Assembly: GCF_902713615.1 (NCBI RefSeq)
Contig: NC_052153.1
Location: 135,821,879 to 135,885,878 of the forward strand
DNA length: 64,000 bases
Source: Scyliorhinus canicula
Taxonomy: Eukaryota
Reading direction: 5' to 3'
The position numbers and the translations under genes are program-made. Position 1 is the first letter of the stretch. Every line of letters begins with the position of its first letter. The notes below the pieces were generated by a model that was not told the DNA's origin, did not search any database, and saw only the letters and a list, made by a program, of their open reading frames with translations. Shown here piece after piece: positions 39,081-51,667 of the stretch.

Positions 39081-39579
39081 GGGTTGAATTTGTGCATCCT
39101 GCCAGGGGCCAGAACAGAGGCAAACGGGGCCTGAAAATCTTTGTGCCAGCTGGTGTACTAGCTTCCTGATGCCTTTCCTTGCATTGGCCATTGTGTGGAG
39201 GCAGAATCAGAGCCAACAGGACTATCCAGCCCTTCCTTAACTCTTTTCAAGGGTGTAATTAATGCCAAATAAAGGAGCCCAACTAAGATTTTTCAATCCG
39301 CAGGGGTCTATTTATCTGGCAGGTATGTAGAGACTGTCCCTGCCTGCTGAATCTATTTCTACTTAAAGATTTAAAAGATTACTCACCTTCCATTACGTAT
39401 TCTACTTTTCTCAAGCTGGAATGCCTCAGATTGGCACTGCAGCTTCCAGAGCCCATTCAACACCTTTATTCGGTGGAAATCTGGTCTCCAAATCAATTAA
39501 GAGGGTTCTCTGTGAAAATGTGAGTGACTGACCTCCTCCTCCTCCCCCCCACAAGAAAACCTGGAAGATGATCCAGCCC
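39081..39579. mobile_element. Old Harbinger-type MITE
   Basis: Termini gggttgaattt / gatgatccagccc; flanks ata / aca. Confidence 0.5.
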
Positions 39580-39611
39580 ACAGAGTTAGTGGAAATACTT
39601 CCTTCAGGTGA

Positions 39612-39995
39612 GGTGATGGGGTAGTGTTAGTGTCATTGGGAATCCAGAGATCCAGGGTAATGCTTTGTGGACCTGCGTTCAAATGCTACCATGGCAAATG
39701 GCAATATTTGAATTTGAGAAAACTCTGCCATTAACATCTGATGACGAGCATGAAACCATTGTGGATCATTGTGAAACCCATCTGGTTCATGAATGTCATG
39801 TCGGGAAAGAAATCTGTCATTCTTGCCCAGTCTGGCCTACATGTGACTCCAGAGCCACAGCAATGCCCTGGTCTTGGACTATTAACTGCCTTCTGAAATG
39901 GTCCAGAGAGCCACTCAGTTCAAAGGCAATTTGGGATGGGTAACAAGTGCTGGCCCGGAAAGCGACACCCACATCTCATGAAAGAATAAAACAAA
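39612..39995 (+). mobile_element. Full-length SINE with SlmI/Meta-SINE-like domain
   Basis: tRNA-like head with gttcaaat B box; central domain shared with 1-225 and about 27965-28070. Confidence 0.7.
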
Positions 39996-41122
39996 ATCTA
40001 GCGGAAATAGTTTAACTTGAAGTTTTCTCACTCTCTCATTTAGGTGGTAATTGGGTTACTGGAAATTTGTGATGTACCAGTGCATTTTATGGTGGGCTCA
40101 ACCATTTCCTGTTGTTTTGGTGTGCAGGATGTCAGGTGAATAGCAGTCAATGCAAATGTGCACTTTAGTATTGCTAGAAGCCATGAAACTGATAAGTCAA
40201 CTTTATCCATGTCACACAATGCTTCTTTTTCATGGATATTTTTTACTTTTGGTTTCTCATGCACCAGTTGTAAATGATTTAATGGTGGTCCGCAGCATGA
40301 CTGAGTTTTGCAATGGAAATCCTCGAGAAGAGGAGTATGCCAAGTAAGTCTGGTTGCATAACGCATGCTTTATGCACACCCATCAATGTACAACTGCATA
40401 GGGGAATGTGGGTGAACAAATCTAACTTTGAGAGATGATTAGTCGAGACAGTGGCTCTTTTTTCCCTGAGAAATCTGGAACAGTAGAACAAATGATATCA
40501 CTAGGATACGTGAATGTATAACTAGCAGTCATGTTGCGTCCTCTCATGGAAACTCTCTAATTATAGTATGCCATGAAAGGCCGATGAGTCATTGTAGTCT
40601 GAGTGGATGCATACCAATGTAACTCAAACCATTTTTGATGGCCTTGCACACTTATTTGGTAATGATAAAAAACAAATAACATCTCAGGATCTGGGTCTAA
40701 ATTAGAACATATGCAGAGTTGTACTATTTGCTATAAGGTTTGGCACATCCATAGAATCCCTGCTGTGCAGAGGAGGCCATTTGGCCATCCAAAAGAGTAT
40801 TTTACCCCGGCCCAACCCCCTGTCCGATCCCTGTAACCCCACCTAACCTGCACATCTTTTGGACACTAAGGGAAATTTAGTGTGGCCAATCCACCTAACC
40901 TGCGCATCTTTGGAACGCAGTAACAGCAAGAATCAGCCAGACTGGATTTACTGCCAATAAAGGCACTGCAATAAAAAACATCCAATATTCCTGTCCTTCC
41001 TTGCTGTTCTATCAGCTCTGCTGTCTCGGTTTCCCCAGAAAACAGGAGTCTTTGCATGGACTAACCACTGGTGAAGTAAGATATGTTCACTTTCATCATC
41101 AAGTCATGTATCAATCACTCAC

Positions 41123-41300
41123 CAGTTTTTAAGGCAAATATTAAATCATCAAACTCCTGTGACTCCTCATCAGCCACCAGGTTGCTGTTGGAATAACCTC
41201 CTGTAATGCCATAGATGCTGCCAAGTTGTGGGCTTTGCTTGAAGATACTGCTTGCTTGACTGCCGGGTCTTAAACTGGCTTGTTCCCAGTCAGCAGGTAT
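41123..41300 (-). CDS. ADGRV1: ADGRV1 (VLGR1/GPR98) penultimate coding exon, cytoplasmic tail
   Basis: The minus strand reads ctttctttag|ATACCTGCTGACTGG...AAAACTG|gtgagt. The exon is 178 nt (59 codons + 1) and translates to [59 protein letters not shown]. The [17 protein letters not shown] block is the recognisable conserved ADGRV1 tail motif. Its phase-1 end joins the last exon in frame. Confidence 0.96.
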
Positions 41301-41559
41301 CTAAAGAAAGAGCAAACTTCTAACAATTACAAAAAGCATACGGGAAAAGCATATTTTATGCTAGCTTAACAAATTAAGTTAAAACAACCAGGGCAGAATT
41401 AGGATGTACAACCCATGACAAAATTTGATATTGATTGAATTCAAACAGAAATAGGATGGCAAACAGTATTCTCATGAAAATGGTGTTCTTTGATCATCCA
41501 ACTTGCCAGCATGGCCCAGTTAGCAGCACTCTCACGTTGTGTTTTGACCCTCAGAGTTA

Positions 41560-42905
41560 GTTTTAGATTTATTGCCACATGTACCGAGCTACAGTGAAAA
41601 GTATTGTTCTGCGTACAGTCCAGGCAGATCGCTCCACACATGAAAAATGTAGGACATATGATAAATACACAATGTAAATACAAAGACATCAGGTGAAGTA
41701 TACAGAGTATAGTGCTACAAAAGTAGAGAAGCTGCCTAGAAAGATCAGTTCAGTCCATAAAAGGGTCATTCAGGAGTCTGCTAACAGCGGGAAGGAGCAG
41801 TTTTAAAATCTGTTAATATGTGTTTTCAGGCTTTTGTATCTTCTGCTCGATGGAAGAAATTGGACGAGAGAATAACCCAGGTGGGAGGGATCGTTGATTA
41901 TGCTGCCCCTTTCCCAAGCCAGCGGTAGGTGTAGCCAGACTCAATGGATGGGAAAGGGATTTACGTGACAGATTGGGCTCTGTTCACGATTCTCTGTACT
42001 TTCTTACAGTCTTGGGCCATACCACGTTGTGATGCAGCCAGTTGGGATGCTTTCTATGGTGCATCTGTAAAAATAGGTGACAGTCAATGTGGACATGCAA
42101 ATTTCCTTAGTTTCCTGAGGAAGTAAAGGCGCTGTTGTGATTTCTTGGTCGTAGCGCAATGTGGATGGACAGGACAGATTGTTGGTGATGTGCATACCTA
42201 GGAATTTGAAGCTGTCAACCATCTCCACCTCAGCACTATTGATGCAGACAGGGGTGTGTACGATACTTTGCTTCCTGAAGTTAATGACCAGCTCCTTAGT
42301 TTTACTGACACTGAGGGGAGATTGTTGTCATTGCACCATGCCACTAAGCTCTCTATCTCCCTCCTGTATTCTGACTCATCGTTGTTTGAGATCCTACCCA
42401 CTATGGTCGTGTTATCAGGAAACTTGTAGATGGAGTTGGAGCCGAATTTTGCCACACAGTTGTGTGTGTATAAGGAGTATAGTAGGGGCCAAGTACGCAA
42501 CCTTACGAGGCCCCAGTATTGAGGACCATTGTGGAGGACGTTCGTTGTTTATCTTTACTGATTGTGGTCTGTGGGTCATGAAGTCGAGTTGCAGAGGGTG
42601 GAGTCAAGTCCAAGGTTTTGGAGTTTGGATATGGGATTGGCTGGGATTACAGTATTGAAGGCGGAGCTGTCGTCAATGAATAAGAGTCTGATGCAGGAAT
42701 CCTTTTGTCGTTGAGCTGCTCCAGGGATGAGTGCAGGGCCAGGGAGATAGCGTACGCTGTGGACCAGTTGTGGCAAAGTGTAAGCGAATTGTAGTGGATC
42801 AAGGCATTCTGGGAGTATGGCGTTGACCTGTCTGATGACCAACCTCTCAAAGCACTTCATATTGACAGAGTTCAAGACCACCGGACAGTAGTCATTGAGG
42901 CATGT
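41560..42905 (-). mobile_element. Rex1/Babar-clade LINE
   Basis: TCLNDYCPVVL...MKCFERLV, LDPLQFAY, IRLLFIDDSSAFNTV, LYSLYTHNCVAKF. Confidence 0.88.
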
Positions 42906-45900
42906 AGGTGGGGTGAATTGCTGCAAAGGTACTCTTCTCCATTAATACAATCTTAGATTAAGCACATAGAAACCAGAATACTGGTGTAAGCATCAGTGAT
43001 GAGCAGGAAAGAAATCTGGTGCTGTTAAATGAACAACAGGGAGTTTTCCCAGTGTTTTTCCTACAATTAAGGCTGCCCAGAAAATTAACTGGTCATTCAT
43101 TTCTTTGCTGTGGGACCTTACACTGTGCAGAATATCTGCGTGTTTGCTTTGTAGTGATTTCATTTAAAAGTAATTTGTTGCATCTTGGGGCATTTCTGAA
43201 AGATGTGATGACATGCTATGTCAATGCAAGTTCTTTAACTACAAACTAGTATGAAAACCACATCTCAAAGAAAACGTTATCCAAAAGATTAATCCAGAAA
43301 AAACTTCTGAGAGAAAACTTTTTTATAAAATGTTGGGCACAATTCAATGCCCTCGTAGCCCTCGTCAGTCCAACTTGGTGATGCGACGAGGCCGTTTAAT
43401 CTTACAAGAGGCCTCTTGCGAGATACATGATGCTTGGAACGCCTCGGGTGATTTAACAAGATCTTGTGAGACATCGCGATTTGGGTCTCCCCCTCTCTAG
43501 CCGTGATCCAGATGAACATATTTAAATGAGCCATTAGGCTCATTTAAATATGTCTGCGTTGTATTCTCCTGAGACCCGGGAACTATCAGGAGACCTAGCC
43601 ATGATGCCGTTTAGCACTGGCCCACACAAAGGTGGACCAGGCTAACGGCACAGTGAGGGGTTTCCCAGGCCATTGAAGGCCCATGGGTGGCCGAGCTCTG
43701 GGCAGGGTGGCACCCTGGCACTCCCGCTGCCACCCAGTTCTTGGCTTCCTCATTCGCACATTTGTTAGCTGATGTGTGCCCAAGAATTGAGGGGCGGCTT
43801 TTGTTTATAGGATGGCAGCTTAACTCCAGCTGGCTAGAGAGAAAAATCAGAGCTGTTCCATTGGCTCCCTGCCAATTTGTCTCACTTTGGGATTGGTGAG
43901 ATTCAAATGCGTAGTTGCAAGAATTGGAGAAGTGACTTTAGAGGGGAAAAAAAATGGCTGGAGATGGGACAATAGTTTGCAAGGATAGAACAATAAGGGT
44001 GTGTTTTCTGAAGAATAGGATGACGGGTGGCTGTTTTAGAAGGGGGAAAAATACAGTGGAGAACAAATTATTTACAATATTACTATTAAAGCCATGCATG
44101 ATGATAATTTGTTTTTAATGCTTCCACGGAGATGGGCTGAAAGGTATACTTCTGCATTATAGGGATTCTATATGATTCTATGTTTGTGGATACTGTTTGT
44201 GAGATTTTGAATGTTTTAAATAGTTGCATTTTTTTTACTTGGGGAAGAGTTGGAACCACTTCAGGGTCCTGACCTCACTCTACCTGGAAGAACAGAAGCC
44301 TGGGAGATCTTCTGGGGACAAAATGAAGAGGCTGGTTTCAGGCCTGCCGTCCAGTAAGTATTGTGGGCAGAGCCCTGACATTGCAGGCCCAATCAGAGAG
44401 GTTGCAGCCTTGGAATCGTGGCAGCTCCACTGCTTGAGGTGGGTGCTGCCACTATCAGAGTGGGAATGCACGGGCACCTCCATCTTGAGATACCCTCAGA
44501 AAAGGTACTAAATTTAATTAAATGAATGGTGGCCAGAGCTGCAGAGAGAGGCCCACCACGCCAGCCACTAGAAACCACCTCCAAGTATCTGCTGTGGGGG
44601 CCCACCCACCATTGGGATCCCCATCAGCCCTCAAATGGGTCTGCAATTTTGCAGATTAGTTCCCTGCTGCTGCTGCGAGCAGATGCTGACCCACCTGGGT
44701 AAAGGTTGCCTGGCAGTGGGAATTGCTGCTGACCCAACATCTATTCTTCAGAAGGTCCTCCTGGTCCCACCTTGTAAATTGCCCCAAGGAATCGGGATGA
44801 CTCCACCTTTAATAACAGCTCGTACTTTTCAAAAGCAATTCATTGTGTTGAGTGATTAGAAATTCTTTATTTGCTATGCGAGTTTTATAAATCCTAGTTA
44901 TTTCAGTATTGTATAAATGTGCTTGAATACTCCTATTTTTGGGGCAATTGTGACATCAACAATATTTTCTAACACATAGAACATAAAACACTATGCTACA
45001 AATATATATTTCTGTGAGGATTGGGTCCAGCAGTTATAACTCCTTTTTTCCAGCTATGCAGCCTGGATTTGATTCTATTTCACTCAGATTGACATGATGC
45101 ATATCTCCACGTCTTGGCTAAGATACTAAGAAGGAATGTGTCATCCAGGATTAGGGCAAATGATTCAGCACAGACAGTCTGGTGGTAGCAAAAGACAGTG
45201 AATCAAGTTCCAAATTTGAGTTTCAATATAAGTGGGGCTTTTAGTTGCATTTAATGTAATGGTTCTAGTTTCGTGCACCTCACATACTCCATATGGTAAG
45301 CATACACAGTTGCAAATCTCAATTGCAGCTTCGATAAGATATCACTTAATTGGTTTACTCCAGACCAATAACTGATTACACCATTCTTCTATGAAGCATC
45401 TAGAATACTGTTAATTGGATGGATACGTACTGCTCACCTGTCAATTTTTGACTAGTATATTTTCTACTTGCAAGCATGATATTCAAGGTTCTTAAGGGAC
45501 GCTCTGGTGGTTGGGTACAACTAAATGCTAGCTGAGGTACATCGTCTTTGTGACACAGAGTAAAGCCTGAGCTGCTGGAAAATGCTACATTTATAACCAT
45601 TTAAAGTAATGGTTATTGGATGAGTTAGGACATAGATTTGATGGGAAGAGTTTATTGGAAAAAAATCTTAAATATCTCTGAGCTGGAAACTGTTAACTAT
45701 ATTTAATCAGACTTCAGTAATGTATTAATCAGAAAAGCTGCTCTTTGGTTTCTATTCAGCCACCCTGCCTCTCATTTGATGCGGTGTTAATATTCCTGGG
45801 ACCAATCCTTGTACCAGAGGAAAGCTTCAAATGTCACAACAGTTGCTGCTGAAATTTGATCATATCTGTGTCAAGAATAAAGCAAACTTTGAGATGTAAC

Positions 45901-46766
45901 CATAGAGGAACCATTAATCTTAGTCACTGCAGGAAACAAAGAAGTAAATCAATATGGCAATGGGTGGGATTTAAGGAATTATTATTCACTTGTCATAGCA
46001 GCTGGACAATACCTGGACTACATTAATGGAGAACCCGAAACAGAGAGTAAAGTTTATATGAATCTATGAAAGCCACAAATCAGACAACAGTTATAAAATA
46101 AATCCATTTGTTGTATTTAAAATTTCTGAAATTTTTTGATTTTCTGAAAAGGATAATGATTTAAACAAATACATACTGTTTTGATACAGTTTTATAAAGA
46201 ATTATTAAAACAGTAACGCAATGTCCCAGATTTTGTTGTCAGTGGGGAATGAATGGCACTAACCACATTTAATCTTGCCCACAGACTTCACATGTGGATT
46301 TGCAATGAACGTTTTGGTGACTGTCAAGCCATTTCTGTGCACTATTTCCCCCTTTTGGGTGACCTGTGTGGGCAGGCCAAGCAACTGACCAACCAGACTG
46401 AAGATTTTGTACTAAACTGCACAATCTGAACCAGGAAGTGTAAGTTAGAATAGTTGATTCAATGCCAAATTTCAAAAAGAAAGCAAAATAAGGAGGGAAA
46501 GAAATATAGAACTACGAAAAAGAAATAAAAGAGATAGAAAGAAAATGTTAAACAAAAATTATGAAAACCTTATAATTTTTAAAATCTCCAACAATAATTA
46601 CAATCTGAAGGAATGTCAGTTCACACTTATAACAAGTAAATCAATATAGCAATGGGTGGTATTTCAGTGGCAGTAACATTGTTTGGCAGCATTTAAGACT
46701 CGTCAAGCTATTGAAAATGTGCTTATATTGGAATGGGCAGCCCAAATCTTTTCTGGTGCATTTATA

Positions 46767-47098
46767 GGGCAGCACGGTAGCATAGTGGTTAGCACATTTG
46801 GTTAACAGCTCCAGGGTCCCAGGTTCGATCACCGGCTTGGGTCGCTGTCTGTGTGGCGTCTGCACGTTCTCCCCATGTATGCGTGGGTTTTCTCCGGGTG
46901 CTCCGATTTCCTCCCACAGTCCAAAGATGTGCAGGTTAGGTGGATTGGCCATTCCGGATTGCCCTTAGTGTCCAAAAAGGTTGGGTGAGGTTACTGGGAT
47001 AAAGGGGAGGCGTGGGGCTTAAGTAGGGTGCTCTTTCCAAGAGCCGGTACAGAGCCGATGGCTGAATGGCCTCGTTCTGCACTGTAAATTCTAAGATC
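46767..47098 (+). mobile_element. HE1/V-SINE, inside a probable old DNA-transposon remnant (about 46222-47340)
   Basis: Full SINE; the surrounding segment has TIR-like ends gtcccagattttg / caaaatttgagc. Confidence 0.8.
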
Positions 47099-47451
47099 TA
47101 CAGGGTATCTATCACATAAGTACAGCAACTTTACAAACTTCGAAGTTTCTCAATGCTTTGCCCCTTGCTGAAATATCAGTGCAGCACAGGTCTTGGAAGA
47201 GTGGAGAAACTCAGGCAGTAACTTCCTGATTTCTGTGTTTAACTGTGCATGTGCAATCGCTGGAAGTTGCTGTCTGATATGTTCTACAATATTGGTGAGT
47301 GTTGAGGTTTTACTGTTATTTTTAACCTCAAAATTTGAGCAATTTCTTTTTGTTTTGTACTTTCAATGAAAGCCTTTAGGTGCTTTCAAATTTCCAATTA
47401 GTTTCAATCAGCTGTAAATAATCTGTTTTATTAAAATCTTCATGCACAATC

Positions 47452-47766
47452 TTCAGGTAGAAGGTACAGAAGTCTGAAGACCCGCACATCCAGACATGGG
47501 AACAGCTTCTTACCCACAGCTACAAGACTACTCAACGACTCCCCCTCGGAGTGATCTGCTCCCTGTAAGAACAGTATTCACGACACCCTATGCTGCCCCT
47601 TGTTCCACACTGTAACCAATCACTGTTTGTCGATGTACCATTTGCCAATGTTCTCTGTTGATTATTCTTTTGTCTACTATGTACGGACTGTGTACGTTCC
47701 CTCGTCCGCAGAAAAATATTTTTCACTGTACTTCGGTACATGTGACAATAAATCAAATCAAATCAA
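47452..47766 (+). mobile_element. Rex1/Babar 3' end
   Basis: GRRYRSLKTRTSR..NSF and gtgacaata(aatca)n tail. Confidence 0.8.
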
Positions 47767-49891
47767 ACCACAAGTGCTATTACAAACCTCGGATATTCAC
47801 CATTACTGGATATGTTGGAATCAGAATAATGAAATAATCCACATTCAACTTTTCTTACATGTCACTGCATTGGACAAATCAGCAAAAATGCAAGATATGT
47901 CTCCACTGGTAATTGCGATGTGTGCACATCTTTCAGCACAGAATCTACATAAACAGGGCACTTATACAGATTAAACCTGGCTCCCAATGGAAGATAAAGT
48001 AAATTGAAGTCAAATTCTATCCAAATTTTTAAAAATAGGTAATAGGAAACAAATAGGGTGGAATGTTCTGATATTTTTTCAGTGTCAGTTTCAGTGAGAA
48101 AACTGGCGTGAGGTTCTTCAGCTGCACAGCCAAATTTTCTCTCCAGATATTCCGGCACTTGAGGTTGGAATTCTGTGTCTGTTGACACCGGTGAATGGAG
48201 TTTTGACTCAGTGCCAAATTTTCCATTCTCGCTGGCAGCAGTGCCGGGACAAATTTGGATCAGAGAATGCTGGACAGAGAATCTGGGGGCATGGTTTCTG
48301 CTGTCAGTCTGGAGGGGCAGGGCCTGATAGAGCTGGCACCATCAGCTCCACAGAGTTCGGGGCACCATCTTTAAAGGGCGCCCAAATCTGAATTAGTAAT
48401 AAGTTCCACTCAGACACCGCGAACACAGGGAACCTCCCCTGACAGGCATCAGGGAAACACACCCCCTGACCACGCATGCATCGGGGCGACCCATCCCCGC
48501 CCACCCACACACACGAATGGGGGTGGTCCACCCCTCCACAAACATCGGTGTGACTCGCACTCCCCACGACACAGGTATTGGGGTGCCTCCCTCACAACCA
48601 CACAGGCATCGGGGTGACCCCCACCCCACACACTTAAGGGGAATTTCCCACCGCAATGGGGCACCCCAGAGGGCCCCTCTCGAAACTACCAGGTTACAAC
48701 AGCCAGATGGCAGTGGCCTCCATGTACCTCCCTCCCCCACTCCCTGGGGACTGTACTTTGTTCCCCTCAACTGCTTCACGTTTTTAACAACCTGTTAGAA
48801 ACCTTGTTGACATGATGTGACATACATGAGGTATGAATATTCAACAAGGGTGCAACATATTGCATGGAAGCCCTTTAATTATGTTTAAATCTATTGCTAT
48901 GAGGTTCCCGGCCAACGTTATGTCACCGACGAAGGGTGTGGAAAATTGGAATACGACATTTCATTGGCAAGATTCTTGTCTTCTGACTCTCGAGGGACTT
49001 TGGGCCCACATCACCGTTTACACCAACGGCTAACGCAAGCTCAAAATTGACCCAGTAGTCTTTTAAGATTGAAAACAATCTCTGTCTGTGTGCATTGGGT
49101 AACACAACATTGATTACAGATAGAGTTGTATTGGATTTGTTTATTGTCATGTGTACCGAGGTAGTGAAAAGTATTTTTCTGTGAGCAGCTCAAACCGATC
49201 ATTCAGTAATGAAAATAAAATAAAATAAAAAGAAAATATATAATAGGGCAACCCAAGGTACACAATGTAAATTGTGTTAACAGATTTCATGTTGGTGTTT
49301 GCTTGGAGCACTGAACGATTGGATACATTGCACTGTGACACCAATGAGCAACACCCTATTTTAAATCTATGGAAATGTGTATGTTTTGAATGGGTCCAAA
49401 TTGCATCCCAGGTTTTCAATCAGTTCAGTAGAAAGCATAGTTTAGTAAACGGTGGTTAACTGTTTCAATTTCCATAGTACAGCCTCTATGGTAGATTCAA
49501 AAGTGGAAATAGCTGTAATTTTAATGTCTTCATAAACTTTCATTTAAAAAAAGTTATATTGCTCTTTACTTGTTTCAGTGATAACTTTTCAATTAATGTT
49601 ACACTTCAGTACAGTCTGTGTGATAAACTTTTGGTGCATTCTATAAAAGCCTTAATGCATTGTTATGATTTTTGTAGACACCAATAACTTTGAAAAAGAG
49701 GTATAAGGCCATAATTTTGCACCCTCATTTGCTGCAAAGGCAATTGGCGACGTGGACGCAAAATCTTACCAGAGGCCAAAAACGAGAATCTCGGCAGCAA
49801 GACCTTGTGATGCTAGTGTCCCCACTCACTGCCAGTGATGTAATGAGGTTCACATCCAGGAAGGTCGAGAACCTCATGTGAATGCATTATA

Positions 49892-50603
49892 GAGGTTGAG
49901 CACCCCTTATCCAAAATGCTTGGGGCCGAGTGCGAGTTGGATTTCGGAACTTGTCGGATTTCAGGATATAGGCCGGGGTTCTCCCCGACCGGCGGGTAGG
50001 CCATACAGGCGCCAAAGACTAGCTTGAACCACTCTGGCGTCGGGCTGCCCGGACGTTGCGGAATCCTCTGCACTTCCAGGGGCTAGGCGGGCGCTGGAGT
50101 GATTGGCGCCGCGCCAACAAGCGGCGAAATGCCTCCGCCGGCGCGCATTGGAGCGCAAGCGTATTCTGGCACATGCGCAGTGGGTTTCTTCTCCGCGCCG
50201 GCCATGGCGGAGCTTAACAGAGCCCAGAGCAGAGTGCCCCCCCGGAGTGCCCCCCCGGCACAGGCCCGCCCGCAGATCGGTGGGCCCCGAGAATTATGCA
50301 GTCGGCGCCAGAGCGGCGGGGCGGGATTCATGCCGCCCCCTGGTGATTCTTCCACCCGGCAGGGGTCGGAGAATCCTGCCCATAATGTACATTGGTGGCG
50401 CATTGGGACCTATGCATGTGTAGTGCGGTTGACCTGCGCATGTCAGGCGCGTTGGGATCCGCGCATGTGCGGTGCGTTGGGAGCGGCACATCGCCCGGGC
50501 ACCTTCCCAGAGCATTGTGTAATTTCCCACTTGTGACACCACATCGGCACTCAAAACAAAAGTCAGAATTTTGGAATTTTTCGGATAAGGGATGCTCAAC
50601 CTG
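49892..50603. mobile_element. Tigger/pogo-like (Tigger4/Zombi-type TIR) MITE
   Basis: TIR gaggttgagcaccccttatccaa / tcggataagggatgctcaacctg; TA TSD at 49890-49891 and 50604-50605. Confidence 0.85.
49971..50381. mobile_element. GC-rich Harbinger-type MITE nested in the Tigger-like MITE
   Basis: TIR ggccggggttctcc / ggagaatcctgccc; TSD ata. Confidence 0.85.
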
Positions 50604-50676
50604 TAATATCATTAGCAGGCAGAGCTGCTGTAACCTCTCCCCTCATTCTAAATTCCAATATTATCTGGTGAAGTTT

Positions 50677-50965
50677 TGATGGAACCATCAGACATTTGTT
50701 TCCGAAGTGAATCTAGGCTTTAATCGACTTACTTCAGAGCTAGCTTGTTACCTGTCGATGAACTCGTAGTGACCCAGGCTGACTCTGGACATGGATACTT
50801 ATTCAGCTGCACTAGGGGGAGGAGTCGTGGGCGGAACCAAAGGTGGAGCCCAGTACAAGTTCCTCAGTGCTCCCAGCACTACTCCCCCTAGTGGTAGGAT
50901 GGAGCTACTGCGCTTACAATAACAGTGTGAATTATTATATACATTCATATATTACATTCACCACA
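50677..50965 (-). mobile_element. Solo LTR (289 bp)
   Basis: TG...CA termini; 5-bp TSD agttt at 50672-50676 and 50966-50970. Confidence 0.85.
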
Positions 50966-51667
50966 AGTTTATAACAGGTTTTAAAAAATATGAACCTGTC
51001 AACCTCATGTCGGAGGTGAGCGCACAGGTCACCACTATTCATAGGGAGTCCACTGGGAGAGAGAGCATTGGAGAGCTTGGGGGTGCAGAGCGGATAAAGG
51101 GGTTGCATTCCGGTAGGTACTCACAGGTTTGGTGATTGCTTGCAGGTTCAGGGTACTGTGCAGGCTGGAGAGGTCAGCTCCAGAGCAGGACAATGTTGTT
51201 GATGGGGCAGTGGAGGCCAGAGAGGTCAGCTCCAGAGCAGAGCACCGTTGTGGGGGGTGTTGTGGAGGCTGAAAAGGGAAGCCCAATCCAGAGGGTTGCT
51301 GGAACTGTATGAGGGGGTGGCGGGCAATATGGCAACACAGGGGGTGAAAGCCATCTTCCAAAGTGGGGGTGGAAGTTAGTTTGTGGGGAGGGGCGGGGGA
51401 TGCCATTGGCATGACACAAGGGACAAATGGCTTGGCCCCATAAGGAAAGACATTTCTAATGAGAGGGCAATGAAGCCATTAACAAATCTGACCAACCTTG
51501 AGGCTGAAATCCACAGTGGAAGGGCATATGCCATCTCAAATGGGCCTGGCTCTGGGCAGCTGTGTTGGGTGGGTGTGAGCTGCTACCTTGAAGGCTGCCA
51601 GTGATGTTATCTAAACCTGTTAAGTTTAATATGGAGTCTTGAGAGCAATGAGCTCACCCTTGGGTAT

